Below are positions 40,777-50,423 of a stretch of 53,058 bases of DNA, piece by piece. A program made the position numbers and the translations under genes. This DNA is from a virus (taxonomy: Duplodnaviria; Caudoviricetes). Each line of letters opens with the position of its first letter. Position 1 is the first letter of the stretch. The stretch lies in the IMG/VR virus record IMGVR_UViG_3300044625_001301, positions 1 to 53,058 of that record; one strand, written 5' to 3'. The notes under the pieces are model-generated. The model saw nothing but the letters and a program-made list of their open reading frames with translations. It was not told the origin of the DNA and did not search any database.

Positions 40777-41789
40777 GACCTCAGATACGCAATCGCTTCT
40801 GCGACACTATAATTCAAGTGAGGGCCGGTGCGCTTACCGAAGAAGATCAGCGCGTCGAGCATCGCTTTGAACATGCCGGTGACCTCGGCCAGCTGGGTGC
40901 CGTCGGTGACCACACCGGTCAGCTCCAGAACCTGCCGGAGCAGGCTGTCCGGACCCTGACGCAGATCGCCGGATCTGATCAATTGCCATATCGCGGTACG
41001 ATTTTCGCCAGACTCGTCGGGAGGAACATCGGTGTACAGGTCACCCTTGTGGGCATACTCCCGCCACCAGTCCGGGGTGTCGACCATCAGGTCGGCGGTC
41101 ACCCCACCGTGGGTCTTCGGCGACGGCGGACCACCGGCGTCGGGCCAGACCCTGCCCCGCTCGCGCATCGGGTTGCCCCAGGTGACTGCTTTGCGGATGT
41201 GCGGCTTGGCCCAGTGCAGCCTTCCGCTCTCCGGCTTGATGTCGGCCTCCCAGGTCTCGGCGACCACGATCGCGCCCTGGCTGTACCCGGCCAGAGCCGC
41301 GCCCTGGCTGACGATCTGGGCACGGTGGGTGGTGAACTGGACGTACAGCTCGTCGCGACCGGCGCTGATCGACGGCCCCATCGGCACCGGCCTGGCCGGG
41401 TAGCCGATCGGCTGCCAGCGGTATTTGTCCTCCACCGCGCGGGCGGTGTCGGCGTCCGGCCCGACCCACCAGGGGACCCCGGTCCCGCACACCGTGAACA
41501 GCACCGGGCGCAGGTCGGGGCGGGCGGGCCAGGGCACGTATCCCATCGCGATCTTGGTCTGGAAGTTCAGGACTCCGGGGATGTACTTGCCTGTCGGCAG
41601 CTTGCCGAAGCCGCTGTTGTAGCGGGCCTGCATCTCGGCGACCGCGACGACCATCGGCTCGTCGTAGTCCGGGGTGTCGGCCAGCGCCTTGGCGTAGGAG
41701 AACTTGCGCCGCATGAACGCCTTGAGGGTGCGGATTTCCTCGTCTCGGTCGCCCAGCCCCCAGCCGACCCACTGACCGGCAATCTTCAC
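40773..41789 (-). CDS. lysB: Lysin B (mycolylarabinogalactan esterase)
   Basis: N-terminal peptidoglycan-binding-like region; VCGTG, IGYPA, GYSQG, WGNPMR; position in lysis cassette. Confidence 0.9.
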   Translation of the reverse strand: MKIAGQWVGWGLGDRDEEIRTLKAFMRRKFSYAKALADTPDYDEPMVVAVAEMQARYNSGFGKLPTGKYIPGVLNFQTKIAMGYVPWPARPDLRPVLFTVCGTGVPWWVGPDADTARAVEDKYRWQPIGYPARPVPMGPSISAGRDELYVQFTTHRAQIVSQGAALAGYSQGAIVVAETWEADIKPESGRLHWAKPHIRKAVTWGNPMRERGRVWPDAGGPPSPKTHGGVTADLMVDTPDWWREYAHKGDLYTDVPPDESGENRTAIWQLIRSGDLRQGPDSLLRQVLELTGVVTDGTQLAEVTGMFKAMLDALIFFGKRTGPHLNYSVAEAIAYLRS

Positions 41790-42079
41790 GGGACGTAGTC
41801 AGCAGCCGCAGGGTCGCCGCTGGTGGCGCTGAGAGACGCTGAGGGGGCCGTAACGGGCACCGTGGCGGGGGTGGTGCTGCCACCGACGGCGCGCTCGCGG
41901 TCCACCGACTGCAAAAGGCTGATCAGTGCGGCCACCCCGGAGGCGTAGAGCAGGCCCAGCCAGGAGGCGTTCAGGTTGGTCGAGACGGTCTCCACCGTGA
42001 GCAGCCCGGCCAGGGACTGGCAGAACGTCCGGAATGCCCTCCAGCTGCTGTCGAGCCAGAATTGCCTATTCGTCCACAT
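41786..42079 (-). CDS. Holin (r1t-like)
   Basis: FW...RAFRTFCQ, two TM helices; between lysin A and lysin B. Confidence 0.85.
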   Translation of the reverse strand: MWTNRQFWLDSSWRAFRTFCQSLAGLLTVETVSTNLNASWLGLLYASGVAALISLLQSVDRERAVGGSTTPATVPVTAPSASLSATSGDPAAADYVP

Positions 42080-42082
42080 CGT

Positions 42083-43267
42083 TTACAGCTCCTTCGGGGT
42101 GATCTTGGAAACCTTGCGCCAGAGGTCTTCGAGCAGCTCGCGGTCGGTGACATCGCGCGGCCATTCCTTGGCCTTGTCAGGGACGGGCGGCGGCGGTGGT
42201 GGTGGTGGTGCAGGGACGGGCTTGAACGCTCCCCGCTGAGCCTTGCCCACCTCGTTGCGAAACCAGTTCATGTCGAGGTTGCCGGGGTCCCATTTGCCCT
42301 GACGTCGACCGGCCCACTCCTTGTGGGCGATGACCCGGTCGGGTCCGTACCCGAGCCGGGACAGGATCGCGGCGACGGTGTCGCGCATCGCGACGATCTG
42401 CGGGTCGGGCCACCGCTCTCGGGTCTGGGTGGCCGGGGTGATCGAGGTGTCGCGGGGCCAGGCGCACTCGATGCCGATGGTGTGGAAGTTGGCGTTATCG
42501 GTGGGCAGCCCTGGGTACTCCCCGGCACCGGCGTGCCAGGACACCCCGGCGGCGACCACGGTGACGGTGCCGTCCTGGGCGATGTGCAGCTGGGACAGCG
42601 GTCCGGGAAGGTCGGGGCGTCCACGCCGGATGGACTCTGCGGTCTCCCTCGCGTTGCCGGTGTGGTGCACCATCACGCCCCAGATGGACCGGAAATCGCC
42701 GTGCCCGTACTGCTGCCAGTTCGGCAGCTCGCGGACCTTCAGCGTGGGCTGCTGGGCCTTGAGCACCTCGGCCAGCCAGATCGGGTCACCTGTCCATCCC
42801 ACGGTCTTTACCTCCTTGGTCAGGGCCACCGCCGGGTCGTGTGCGCCGCCCAAAACCGGCATCGGGTCTTGCTTGTTGTTCGGTTGGTAGCCGTCGAGCA
42901 TGAAGCTCAGGTGCAGGTGCGGGGCGGTGCCCCCGTTGGTCGCGCTGTTGGGGTTGATCACCGCGATGCGCTGCCCGGCCTCGACCCGGAGGCCGGGTCG
43001 GATGTGCGGCTCCCGGACGACGTGCCCGTACTCCCAGACCTGGCCGTCGTCGGACTGGACGACCACCCATCCCGCCGGGTCGGGTCCCCCGTAGCCCTGA
43101 GCGGCCCCGCAGTACAAGATCTCGCCGTCGTCGATGGAGAACACCGGACGCCCCGCAGAGCCTCCTGAGAAGCCGAAATCGGTGCCGTAATGGAAGCCCC
43201 CGGCGCGCGGCCCGTAGGGGCTGGTGACGATCCTGCCGCGCTCCAGCGGCCAGTACCGTGCTGCCAT
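42083..43267 (-). CDS. lysA: Lysin A: M23 peptidase + amidase-2
   Basis: HYGTD, YGH and HLH (M23); VMVHHTG, WHAG, IGIE, HKEW..KWDPG (amidase). Confidence 0.9.
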   Translation of the reverse strand: MAARYWPLERGRIVTSPYGPRAGGFHYGTDFGFSGGSAGRPVFSIDDGEILYCGAAQGYGGPDPAGWVVVQSDDGQVWEYGHVVREPHIRPGLRVEAGQRIAVINPNSATNGGTAPHLHLSFMLDGYQPNNKQDPMPVLGGAHDPAVALTKEVKTVGWTGDPIWLAEVLKAQQPTLKVRELPNWQQYGHGDFRSIWGVMVHHTGNARETAESIRRGRPDLPGPLSQLHIAQDGTVTVVAAGVSWHAGAGEYPGLPTDNANFHTIGIECAWPRDTSITPATQTRERWPDPQIVAMRDTVAAILSRLGYGPDRVIAHKEWAGRRQGKWDPGNLDMNWFRNEVGKAQRGAFKPVPAPPPPPPPPVPDKAKEWPRDVTDRELLEDLWRKVSKITPKEL

Positions 43268-43326
43268 CACCACCACCTCCAGTGATTCAAGGCCGAATCC
43301 GGGCCGCTGGCAGGCCCGGAAACGAG

Positions 43327-43356
43327 AAAACCCCCGCCGGGATGGCGGGGGTCTCT
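43327..43356 (-). terminator. Intrinsic terminator
   Basis: ACCCCCGCC..GGCGGGGGT stem followed by TTT on the minus strand. Confidence 0.75.
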
Positions 43357-43370
43357 CGGTCGGCTGAGGG

Positions 43371-43802
43371 TTACCGCACGACGTCCAAGTTCTTAGTCGG
43401 AATGAAGAACGCTTCGCCGGACTCGGGCTGGACGCGGGCGCGCTCACCCCACTCGTTCTCGCCGACCCAGGTGATCTTGCCGGTGATGCCTGTGGGCACC
43501 TTGCGCCCGCGTGCGACAACGACCTGCTGGCCGGGAACCATCTCGCCCGCCGCAATGGACCGCTGTACCGCCGACTGGAACTCCTCGACGCGCTCGGGGT
43601 TGCAGCTGTGCGAGCGGGTGTAGCAGGAGAAGTTGAAACGCTCATTGCCATACTCGGTGGTGTAACGCTGAACTCCGAACACCTTGCCGTCCTCGCGGCG
43701 GGCCACGTAGGTTCCGCACTTCTTGCAGTGGGTGATCTTGCCGGTATCGCTGTGGTTGATGCCGTTGCAGCGGATGGTTGTGCCGGTGATGGTGTCGGCC
43801 AT
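43371..43802 (-). CDS. Hypothetical protein with CxxC and SH3/KOW-like C-terminus
   Basis: CKKC; GQQVVVARGRKVPTGITGKI. Confidence 0.75.
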   Translation of the reverse strand: MADTITGTTIRCNGINHSDTGKITHCKKCGTYVARREDGKVFGVQRYTTEYGNERFNFSCYTRSHSCNPERVEEFQSAVQRSIAAGEMVPGQQVVVARGRKVPTGITGKITWVGENEWGERARVQPESGEAFFIPTKNLDVVR

Positions 43803-43814
43803 GATGCTCCTTGG

Positions 43815-43896
43815 GGTCGGTAGTGGTGTGGCTCCAGGATAGCCTTTCATCCTGTAGCGCGCAACAAGAGACCCCCGCCCTGGTGGGCGGGGGTCT
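43815..43896 (-). promoter_or_regulatory. Terminator + promoter (TTGCGC-N17-TATCCT) cassette
   Basis: 46 bp (43839-43884) identical to 46085-46130. Confidence 0.85.
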
Positions 43897-43919
43897 GTTG
43901 GGGCTGGAAAGGGGTGGGG

Positions 43920-44534
43920 TCAGGCGAATGCCCGCCCGGCCCGCTCGCTCTCGCGTTCCTCCTCCAGGGTCTCGCGCAGACCGTCGCAGACCGCCGCGCC
44001 GTAGCCGTCGGCGAGCTGGCTCAGCAACCCAACCTCGATCTCGTCCAGCTCCGCGTCGGTGGTCTCGGCGGTGATCTGGGCGTAGATGTCATCGAGGTCG
44101 CCGACCGACTCCAGGGTCCACACAGCGACGATCTCGTCGTCGGTGAACGGGTCCTCCAGGGCCGCGCGCAGATCGCTCAGCGCGTCCTGGAGCGAGTCGT
44201 CGGCCTGGCTGGGGCCGTCCTCGTAGGACCGCTGCGGTTGGGCCTCCACGGCCTCCTCAGCGTCCAGCACGGCCTGCGCCAGGGGAGCGATCCGGGCCAG
44301 CAGCGCGTTGGCACCGGCGGTGGTCGGGGTGACCGGGAGCGGGAACCGCAGCACCACTCCGCTGTTGACGGCGAAGGTGGTGCCGGGGCCGACGGTGCCG
44401 TCGTAGTCGACGAGCAGCTCGCCGTCGCGGGTGTCCAGCTCGACGTAGACCGGCTGGGGGTTGGACTGCCCCTGGTAATGCCGGTGGAGGTCGGTCGGGT
44501 CTGCGTCGGACTCGGTGATGTTGATTTCGGTCAT
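43920..44534 (-). CDS. Acidic hypothetical protein
   Basis: GAAGGGG RBS after cassette. Confidence 0.75.
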   Translation of the reverse strand: MTEINITESDADPTDLHRHYQGQSNPQPVYVELDTRDGELLVDYDGTVGPGTTFAVNSGVVLRFPLPVTPTTAGANALLARIAPLAQAVLDAEEAVEAQPQRSYEDGPSQADDSLQDALSDLRAALEDPFTDDEIVAVWTLESVGDLDDIYAQITAETTDAELDEIEVGLLSQLADGYGAAVCDGLRETLEEERESERAGRAFA

Positions 44535-44550
44535 GATGTCCCCTTCGGGT

Positions 44551-44652
44551 CGGTGGTGGTGTGGCTCCAGAATAGCGACGATCATGCTGTAGTGCAACCA
44601 AAAGCCCCCAAGGTGTTATCCCTGGAGGCTGAAGGCTATCTGAGCTGGGGTT
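44551..44652 (-). promoter_or_regulatory. Terminator + promoter (TTGCAC-N17-TATTCT) cassette
   Basis: Near-identical to the 33755-33862 cassette. Confidence 0.85.
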
Positions 44653-44946
44653 TCAGGCGAGACCCTCGGTCAGCCAGTGGGACAGCCGGGTGGTCTTGAA
44701 CCGGCTCGGTGCCAGCCTCACTCCGGCGACGGGGTCGATGCCCTCCAGCACGGTCAGGCGACCGGACGGCGAGAAGCGCGCCCAGATCACCGCGACGTTG
44801 TGCGGATGTGCGGGATCGGAGGACTGCCTGGTCCAGGCGTGGGTCCAGTGCCCGCCCGAATCCAACTCGATGAGGTGCCAGCCGGTCTTCGATGCCAGCA
44901 GGGTGGCCTGCGCGAGGTCGGCGGAGGTGGTGGTGGTGGTGGGCAT
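44653..44946 (-). CDS. Hypothetical protein
   Basis: MPTTTTTS; GAAAGG RBS. Confidence 0.7.
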   Translation of the reverse strand: MPTTTTTSADLAQATLLASKTGWHLIELDSGGHWTHAWTRQSSDPAHPHNVAVIWARFSPSGRLTVLEGIDPVAGVRLAPSRFKTTRLSHWLTEGLA

Positions 44947-44980
44947 GATGGCCTTTCGGTCGGGGTGGCGGTGTCCCTCA

Positions 44981-45039
44981 ATCGTACACGAGCTACAGGA
45001 TGAACGCACGAGGCCCCGCCCGGTGAGGGGCGGGGCCTG
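44981..45039 (-). promoter_or_regulatory. Terminator + promoter (GTGCGT-N17-TACGAT)
   Basis: Hairpin AGGCCCCGCCC..GGGCGGGGCCT; box 44993-45003. Confidence 0.7.
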
Positions 45040-45054
45040 GTGGCCGGTGGACGG

Positions 45055-46047
45055 CTAGCGACCGCTACGGGCGTTCTTGGCCTGGAGCTTCTTGTTCATC
45101 TCGGCCTTGACCTCGGCGACGGTCTTGCCGTGCTTCGCGGCCAGCGCGCCGTAGGCGTAGTCGAGCCATTCCCCGTAGGTCGGGTAGGACTCGTCGATGC
45201 TGATGACCTCCCAGGTCTTGCGGTCCCGCTTGGTGGCCGAGGAGCTGCGCTGATCCAGGCCGAAGGCGTTGTAGCCGGTCCGGGACAGGACGTCGACGAT
45301 CTCGGTGACCAGGGTCCGCTCGGTCTTGATCTCGCGCAGGTCGGCGTCGAGGACCAGGTCGGTGGTTCCGGGGACGAAGACCGCCTTGGCGTTCTTAGCG
45401 GCAAGCTTCGCGGCCTTCTCGGCGTCGCGGGCGTCCCTGATGGCCTGGGCCTCGGCCTTGGTCAGGACGTTGCCGTCGGCGTCGGTGAGGGTCTTGCCGC
45501 CGGTCTTCTCGACCGGGGCATCGGGGTAGCAGTGGGTGCAGAGCACGGTCCCGTAGACCTCGATGGCCTCGTCGACCGAGTCGCCGCTGGCCTGGTAGGC
45601 CCACAGCACGGTGGTCGAGGGGCGCAGGGTGTGGCAGTCGCGCCAGTTGGTGTGGATGTGCCCACCGGGGACCACGCTGTAGCGGTTCCAGCGGCCATGC
45701 TGCGCCCACAGCGCGGACTGCTTGCGCACAGCCAACTCGGCGCAGACCAGCGTGTCCTGGGCGTCCTCCAGCTTGTCGAGCGCGGCCTGGGCCTCGCGCT
45801 GGGTCCACGGCTTCTCCGGGTCTGCGGTCTCGGCGATGGCGGTGACCTCGGCGAGGGCCTGCTCGAAGGACTTGCCCCAGGCGCGGTCGCGGCCCCAGCC
45901 GGTCTCACGGTCGACCAGGCGGCGCAGCGAGTCCTTGGCCCAGCCCAGTTTGCCCTCGGCTTTGGCGGACTCGAAGTGCAGCTCGTTGAGGATGCGGTCG
46001 GCCTCCTTGGCCTGCTCGCGGGTGTAGATCTCGGTCGTGGTGGTCAT
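45055..46047 (-). CDS. Hypothetical protein with His/Cys metal-binding motif
   Basis: GHIH...CHTL...LCTHCYP; 330 aa. Confidence 0.8.
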   Translation of the reverse strand: MTTTTEIYTREQAKEADRILNELHFESAKAEGKLGWAKDSLRRLVDRETGWGRDRAWGKSFEQALAEVTAIAETADPEKPWTQREAQAALDKLEDAQDTLVCAELAVRKQSALWAQHGRWNRYSVVPGGHIHTNWRDCHTLRPSTTVLWAYQASGDSVDEAIEVYGTVLCTHCYPDAPVEKTGGKTLTDADGNVLTKAEAQAIRDARDAEKAAKLAAKNAKAVFVPGTTDLVLDADLREIKTERTLVTEIVDVLSRTGYNAFGLDQRSSSATKRDRKTWEVISIDESYPTYGEWLDYAYGALAAKHGKTVAEVKAEMNKKLQAKNARSGR

Positions 46048-46060
46048 GATGCCCCTTTCG

Positions 46061-46142
46061 GGTTGGTGGTGGTGTCCCTCCAGAATAGCCTTTCATCCTG
46101 TAGCGCGCAACAAGAGACCCCCGCCCTGGTAGGGCGGGGGTC
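46061..46142 (-). promoter_or_regulatory. Terminator + promoter (TTGCGC-N17-TATTCT) cassette
   Basis: Duplicate of the 43815 cassette. Confidence 0.85.
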
Positions 46143-46155
46143 CTGGGGAGGGTGA

Positions 46156-46677
46156 CTAGGACCGCTTGGCGGCGTACTTGCGCCAGCAGCCGTTGCCGTC
46201 GGCGGCGATCACGCTGTGCTCGTCGAGGTAGCGCAGCACGGTGTAGACCAGGTTCGAGTCGACCTTGGCGCGGCGGGCGATCGTGGACGGGTTGTAGAGC
46301 TGTCCGGGGTGGGCTTTGAGCCAGGCCTCAACGGTCTCGCAGGACGACCAGAAGCCAGGGAATTGGTCGTAGTATTCGACGCTGCCGACCGCGACCTTCT
46401 CGGTGCGCCGGGTGACCGAGGACCGGAAGTGGCCGAGTCCGCCGGACCACGCGGCGTAGGTCCAGCCGCCGATGCGGACGTAGCCCTGCCGGGTGATCTC
46501 GGCGTCGGCCTCGTCGAGCAGCTCCCGGAGGTCGTCCTCGCGGTCGCTGCGGGGCAGGGGCACCGCGCCGCCGAAACGCAGAGCGCGATGTCCGGTGTGG
46601 AATTTGGTGTCGAAGGCGACGCCGGTCTGGGAGACGACGGCCTGGGTGTACACGCGGGTGTGGGTGTGGGTGGTCAT
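46156..46677 (-). CDS. Protein with C-terminal HTH/winged-helix, likely leaderless
   Basis: NPSTIARRAKVDSNLVYTVLRYL; -10 TACGGT 6 nt upstream of the ATG; box 46695-46705. Confidence 0.7.
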   Translation of the reverse strand: MTTHTHTRVYTQAVVSQTGVAFDTKFHTGHRALRFGGAVPLPRSDREDDLRELLDEADAEITRQGYVRIGGWTYAAWSGGLGHFRSSVTRRTEKVAVGSVEYYDQFPGFWSSCETVEAWLKAHPGQLYNPSTIARRAKVDSNLVYTVLRYLDEHSVIAADGNGCWRKYAAKRS

Positions 46678-46711
46678 GGCACCACCGTACAGCACTATAG
46701 GATGATGTGCA

Positions 46712-47503
46712 TCAGCCCAGGACCACGGCGGTGTACTGGCCGGACAGCGGAGGGCTGGCGAACTCGATGAGCAGTCCGTTGCCGTCAGCGTTGGGCCGGA
46801 TCACCGCGCCGGGAACCGGGATGCGGGTGGCGGTCTCGCGGACCACCGCCAGGACATGGATGGTGCCCAGGTTGTGGGTGACCGTGCCCAAGTTTCCGGT
46901 GGTGGGCACCACCAGACCCGACCATTTCCGAACCGCTTCGTCGGGGTCCAGCCGGAACGTGTAGATGGTGTCCCCGCTGGTGTTGGTGGAGGTGATCTTC
47001 TCGATACCCCCGCTGGCGACGATCGCCAGCGCCGAGGCGGCGTCGTCGGAGGAGATCACCGGGTTCCCGGCGGCGTCGATGACCTGGCCGAGGCTGTTCA
47101 GCGCCGCGACCCCTCCGGGCACACCCCGGTCGTCCCACTGGAGATAGGTTTCACCGCCCAGGATGCTGCCCAGATCGGACAGATCGGCGAAGTTGACGTT
47201 GGCGTTGGGCATGACGAAATCGTGGGTGTACTGGCGTCCCAGGAACCGTTCCCGCCAGGCGATCCGGTAGATCACCCGCTGGTCGAGTTCGGGGCTGTCG
47301 GTGGGAACCAGCTCGAAGCTGACCGGGGTGGTCTCGTTGGCCAGGACCACCACCCGGTTCTGGGTGCCGCCGACCAGGGACAGATCCTGCTCGGGTGCCC
47401 TCGGCTCGGAGAGCGGGGTCACCGCGACCTCCATCGTGTTGGGCACCCCGGCGGTGATGGACCGCTGGAAATTAACGGTGAGAGTGCGTTTCTGGATCGG
47501 CAT
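46712..47503 (-). CDS. Probable structural or minor tail-type protein
   Basis: Beta-rich; GVPGGVAALNSLG and VTHNLGT motifs common in phage virion proteins. Confidence 0.6.
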   Translation of the reverse strand: MPIQKRTLTVNFQRSITAGVPNTMEVAVTPLSEPRAPEQDLSLVGGTQNRVVVLANETTPVSFELVPTDSPELDQRVIYRIAWRERFLGRQYTHDFVMPNANVNFADLSDLGSILGGETYLQWDDRGVPGGVAALNSLGQVIDAAGNPVISSDDAASALAIVASGGIEKITSTNTSGDTIYTFRLDPDEAVRKWSGLVVPTTGNLGTVTHNLGTIHVLAVVRETATRIPVPGAVIRPNADGNGLLIEFASPPLSGQYTAVVLG

Positions 47504-47518
47504 GGGCGGCGGCGGTCC

Positions 47519-47716
47519 TCACAGCTTGAAGGGAAACGGAAGCCGGGAGGTCAGCCGGGAAATGACCTTTTCGGCGATCTGCTCGTAGGCATCCGGCAGC
47601 GCCTCGATGGCGTGGTCGATGGAGTCCTCGATGATGCCGGGCAGTGCTTCCATGATCTCCTCGGCGACCTTCGCGGCGATCGCCCCCACCAGCTTCTGTA
47701 GCAGCTTGTCCAACAT
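47519..47716 (-). CDS. Small amphipathic helical protein
   Basis: MLDKLLQKLVGAIA..; RBS GAAGG. Confidence 0.65.
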   Translation of the reverse strand: MLDKLLQKLVGAIAAKVAEEIMEALPGIIEDSIDHAIEALPDAYEQIAEKVISRLTSRLPFPFKL

Positions 47717-47757
47717 CGGCGCACCTTCCCTCACCGATTCAGGGCGCTGCCGGGCCG

Positions 47758-48465
47758 CTAGGCAGGTTCGGGGATCGCCGCCCGGCTGTCCTGCCAGGAC
47801 GGTCGGGTGCCGAACGCCCAGGCCTGCCTCAGCTCGCTGGCCGGGCGCTGGCCGGTCTCGGTCGGGTGCTGGCTGACGTGCCTGCCGATCACGGTCGGCA
47901 TCTTGGTGTCGTGGTTGACGATCGAGGGGTGGCTGTAGAGCACCGGCATCCCGGCGGTGCGGGCGAAGTCTCCGATCGCCTCGTCGATCGGCAGCCTGCC
48001 GACCTGGTAGCGCCGGTCGGCCCGGATGTGGGCCAGCATCACCGGGATCAGCGGGGTGCGGATCGCCACCGCGACGTGGTGGAGCAGTTCGGAGGCGCTG
48101 AGGAAATGCTCGTCTCGGCTGATGACCTGGGCGATCGAGGGCTGCCAGTGCGGGGGACGCCAGCGGCCCAGGTACAGGCTCAGCAGACCGGCCTCGGCGG
48201 GAGCTGCGGTGAGCACCTGGGTGAGCTGGTCGCGGAAACGGCGGACCGGGACCGCGTCGTCCTCCAGGAGCACGCTCCAGGGGCTTCCGGTCTCGGCCAG
48301 CCACTCGTAGCACCGCTCGTGGTTGCGTCCGGCCCCGACCCTGCCGTCGTAGTCGACCGCGACCACATCGGCGTCGAGGTGCTCGGCCAGTTTCCCGGCC
48401 CGCAGCCAGCGGCTGTGGTGGGCGACGATCCCGATGCTGAACAGGCCGCTCACTTGTGCGCCCAC
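47758..48465 (-). CDS. Glycosyltransferase (GT-A fold)
   Basis: IGIVAH..R, LLEDDAVP (DxD), PIDEAI, PSIVNH. Confidence 0.75.
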   Translation of the reverse strand: MGAQVSGLFSIGIVAHHSRWLRAGKLAEHLDADVVAVDYDGRVGAGRNHERCYEWLAETGSPWSVLLEDDAVPVRRFRDQLTQVLTAAPAEAGLLSLYLGRWRPPHWQPSIAQVISRDEHFLSASELLHHVAVAIRTPLIPVMLAHIRADRRYQVGRLPIDEAIGDFARTAGMPVLYSHPSIVNHDTKMPTVIGRHVSQHPTETGQRPASELRQAWAFGTRPSWQDSRAAIPEPA

Positions 48466-49808
48466 CAGGAGGTGGGGTGGTTGGAGGCGAAACTTTTGAA
48501 CAACGTGGTGACCTGGATGCCGGTGACAACCTCGCGGTGTCGGCGGGCGGCGATGTTGAACAGGGTCATCTCCTCAAGCGGATCGAATTTGTCGCTGGCA
48601 GCCCATAGCTCAATGATGTTCTGGCACAGGCGAATTATAGTCTGCCTGTCGCCTCCGACAACTCCGGCGTTGAGCAGCATCTCCTGGCCGTGCTCGGTGA
48701 CCCAGTCGCCGTAATTGACCGCGTGCTCGCGCATCCAGCGGCAGCCCACCGTCTCGGCTTCCCATCCGCAGTACAGGGTGCCGGGGCGCATCTCCGGGAA
48801 CGGGTTGTTGAGCATCCTCACGTCGGTGCCGTCCACGCACCAGACGTAGCGCACCTCGGGGTGGGCCTGCAGGTACTGCCGGTAGCCGATCCACCGCTGT
48901 AGGTAGGGGTTGGTGCCGACCCGGACCGTCACCCCGCCGGGCAGCCGGGTCAGGTCGGTGAGCACCACCGGCGACAGATCGTGGACCGCCAGGCTGGTGG
49001 TCAGGTCGGCCAGAGCCGAGCCGTCGGCGGGCAGCCTGGACCCGCCGCGCTGCGGGTCACCGCCGGTGAAGTAGGCGGTCAGCACCGAGTCACGGTGTCC
49101 GGTGTAGGGGACGAACGAGTCGTCCTCGGCCAGCGCGATCCGCAGCTTCTCGTTGCGGGCCAGCAGAGCCTTGCGGCTCTCAACGGGCAGGGTCCGGGGC
49201 ACCGCCCCGTAGCGGTCGCAGGCCCAGATCGTGTTCCGGTCCGGAACGTTCTGGTGGACGAAGGTGCTCAGCCCGGCGTTGTGGATGCGCTGGGAGTATT
49301 CGATGTGCTCGTTCATGCCCAGCCCGAACTCGGGGCGCATCCCGCCGACCCGGTGGACCACCCCGGCGGTGACGTAGAGCAGGCATCCCATGCTCCACCC
49401 GTAGGCCACCAGGTCGGGGTCGGCGTAGACCACGTCCATGCCGGGGACCGGCTCGCCGCCGTGGCTGTGAGTCCAGCTGAACTGCAGGTGCGGCTCGGGG
49501 GAGGCGACGTAGTGCTGCCACCAGTCCGGGTGTGTCGGGTAGACGTCGTTGTCGGCCAGGAACAGGTGCTCGACGCCCAGTTCCATCAGCGCGGCCAGGC
49601 ACCTGTTCTTGGCCTGCGGGATGCCGCGCGCGGTGTCGTGCCGGATCAGAGTCACCCCGGCGGGCACGATTGCTGGCGGCTCAGAGCCGTCGTCGACGAC
49701 GATCAGCGGGATGTGGGGGGAATGCCTGCGCCAGGCCTGAAGCGCCGCAGCGAGGACGTCAGGGCGGTTGTGGGTGGTGATCGCCACCCCCACCGAGGGC
49801 CGCTTCAC
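48450..49808 (-). CDS. Glycosyltransferase, GT2 N-domain plus second GT-like domain
   Basis: ITTHNRP, VVDDGS, AKNRCL, LADND, GGM..FG...EHIEY; C-domain CVDGTDV, LNAGVVGG. Confidence 0.85.
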   Translation of the reverse strand: MKRPSVGVAITTHNRPDVLAAALQAWRRHSPHIPLIVVDDGSEPPAIVPAGVTLIRHDTARGIPQAKNRCLAALMELGVEHLFLADNDVYPTHPDWWQHYVASPEPHLQFSWTHSHGGEPVPGMDVVYADPDLVAYGWSMGCLLYVTAGVVHRVGGMRPEFGLGMNEHIEYSQRIHNAGLSTFVHQNVPDRNTIWACDRYGAVPRTLPVESRKALLARNEKLRIALAEDDSFVPYTGHRDSVLTAYFTGGDPQRGGSRLPADGSALADLTTSLAVHDLSPVVLTDLTRLPGGVTVRVGTNPYLQRWIGYRQYLQAHPEVRYVWCVDGTDVRMLNNPFPEMRPGTLYCGWEAETVGCRWMREHAVNYGDWVTEHGQEMLLNAGVVGGDRQTIIRLCQNIIELWAASDKFDPLEEMTLFNIAARRHREVVTGIQVTTLFKSFASNHPTSWWAHK

Positions 49809-50023
49809 CCGCCGAGGGGGTCGAGGTCGTCGGCCTGGTTGAGCAAGCTGGCGGCGACCTGGCGGGCACCGGCGGGGGAGGTCTGGAAGATCAGGGTCAT
49901 GTCGAACTCGGGGTTGGCCAGGACGACGACGACGCTGCCGTCCTTCTTGCCGATCGAGATCCGGTCGGTGAGATAGCCGGTAACCCGCTTCTTGTCGAAC
50001 CGCTCCGGGGGTGGGAGGGTCAT
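49805..50023 (-). CDS. Hypothetical protein
   Basis: AAAGAGG RBS. Confidence 0.6.
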   Translation of the reverse strand: MTLPPPERFDKKRVTGYLTDRISIGKKDGSVVVVLANPEFDMTLIFQTSPAGARQVAASLLNQADDLDPLGG

Positions 50024-50036
50024 GGGCGTGACCTCT

Positions 50037-50213
50037 TTACGAGAAGTTGTCCTCCAGCATCCCCACGGTGTTGGGGATGCTGCGCCAGCCGTCGAGGGCG
50101 AGCTGGCAGTGAGGGGCGAAGCCGGTGTCGACGACCACCTGGTCGTAGACCGGCGTCTCGCTGCACGCAGCAGGGGCTGGGGTGATGCTCTTGGCCCTCT
50201 TCTTCTTAGCCAT
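50037..50213 (-). CDS. Small hypothetical protein (58 aa, not in ORF track)
   Basis: MAKKKRAK...; AGGAGG RBS. Confidence 0.55.
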   Translation of the reverse strand: MAKKKRAKSITPAPAACSETPVYDQVVVDTGFAPHCQLALDGWRSIPNTVGMLEDNFS

Positions 50214-50225
50214 CCGGTCCGCCTC

Positions 50226-50357
50226 CTAGTCATTCCTGTGCGCTGGGCAGTACCAACCCAGGACCCCGTTACGGATTCTTAGCTCGACGGCGGGCACCCG
50301 GCAGTCCGGAACCCGGCAATTGGGTTTACGGGTCCTCTTGTCGGAGTAGCGGCTCAT
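50226..50357 (-). CDS. Small Zn-finger-like peptide (43 aa, not in ORF track)
   Basis: CRVPDC...YCPAH; extended -10 TGCTATGGT just upstream. Confidence 0.5.
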   Translation of the reverse strand: MSRYSDKRTRKPNCRVPDCRVPAVELRIRNGVLGWYCPAHRND

Positions 50358-50381
50358 GTTGCGCCGACCATAGCACGACAA

Positions 50382-50409
50382 CAGCCCCGGCCTGGGGAGG
50401 CCGGGGCTG
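50382..50409. terminator. Intrinsic terminator hairpin
   Basis: CAGCCCCGGCCT..AGGCCGGGGCTG. Confidence 0.7.
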
Positions 50410-50423
50410 CGGGTGTCGCCGGT

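Noticed and set aside
43268-43651. N-terminal extension of lysin A in the ORF track
   Set aside because: Overlaps another gene and a terminator; the GGAGGTGG RBS supports a start at 43267.
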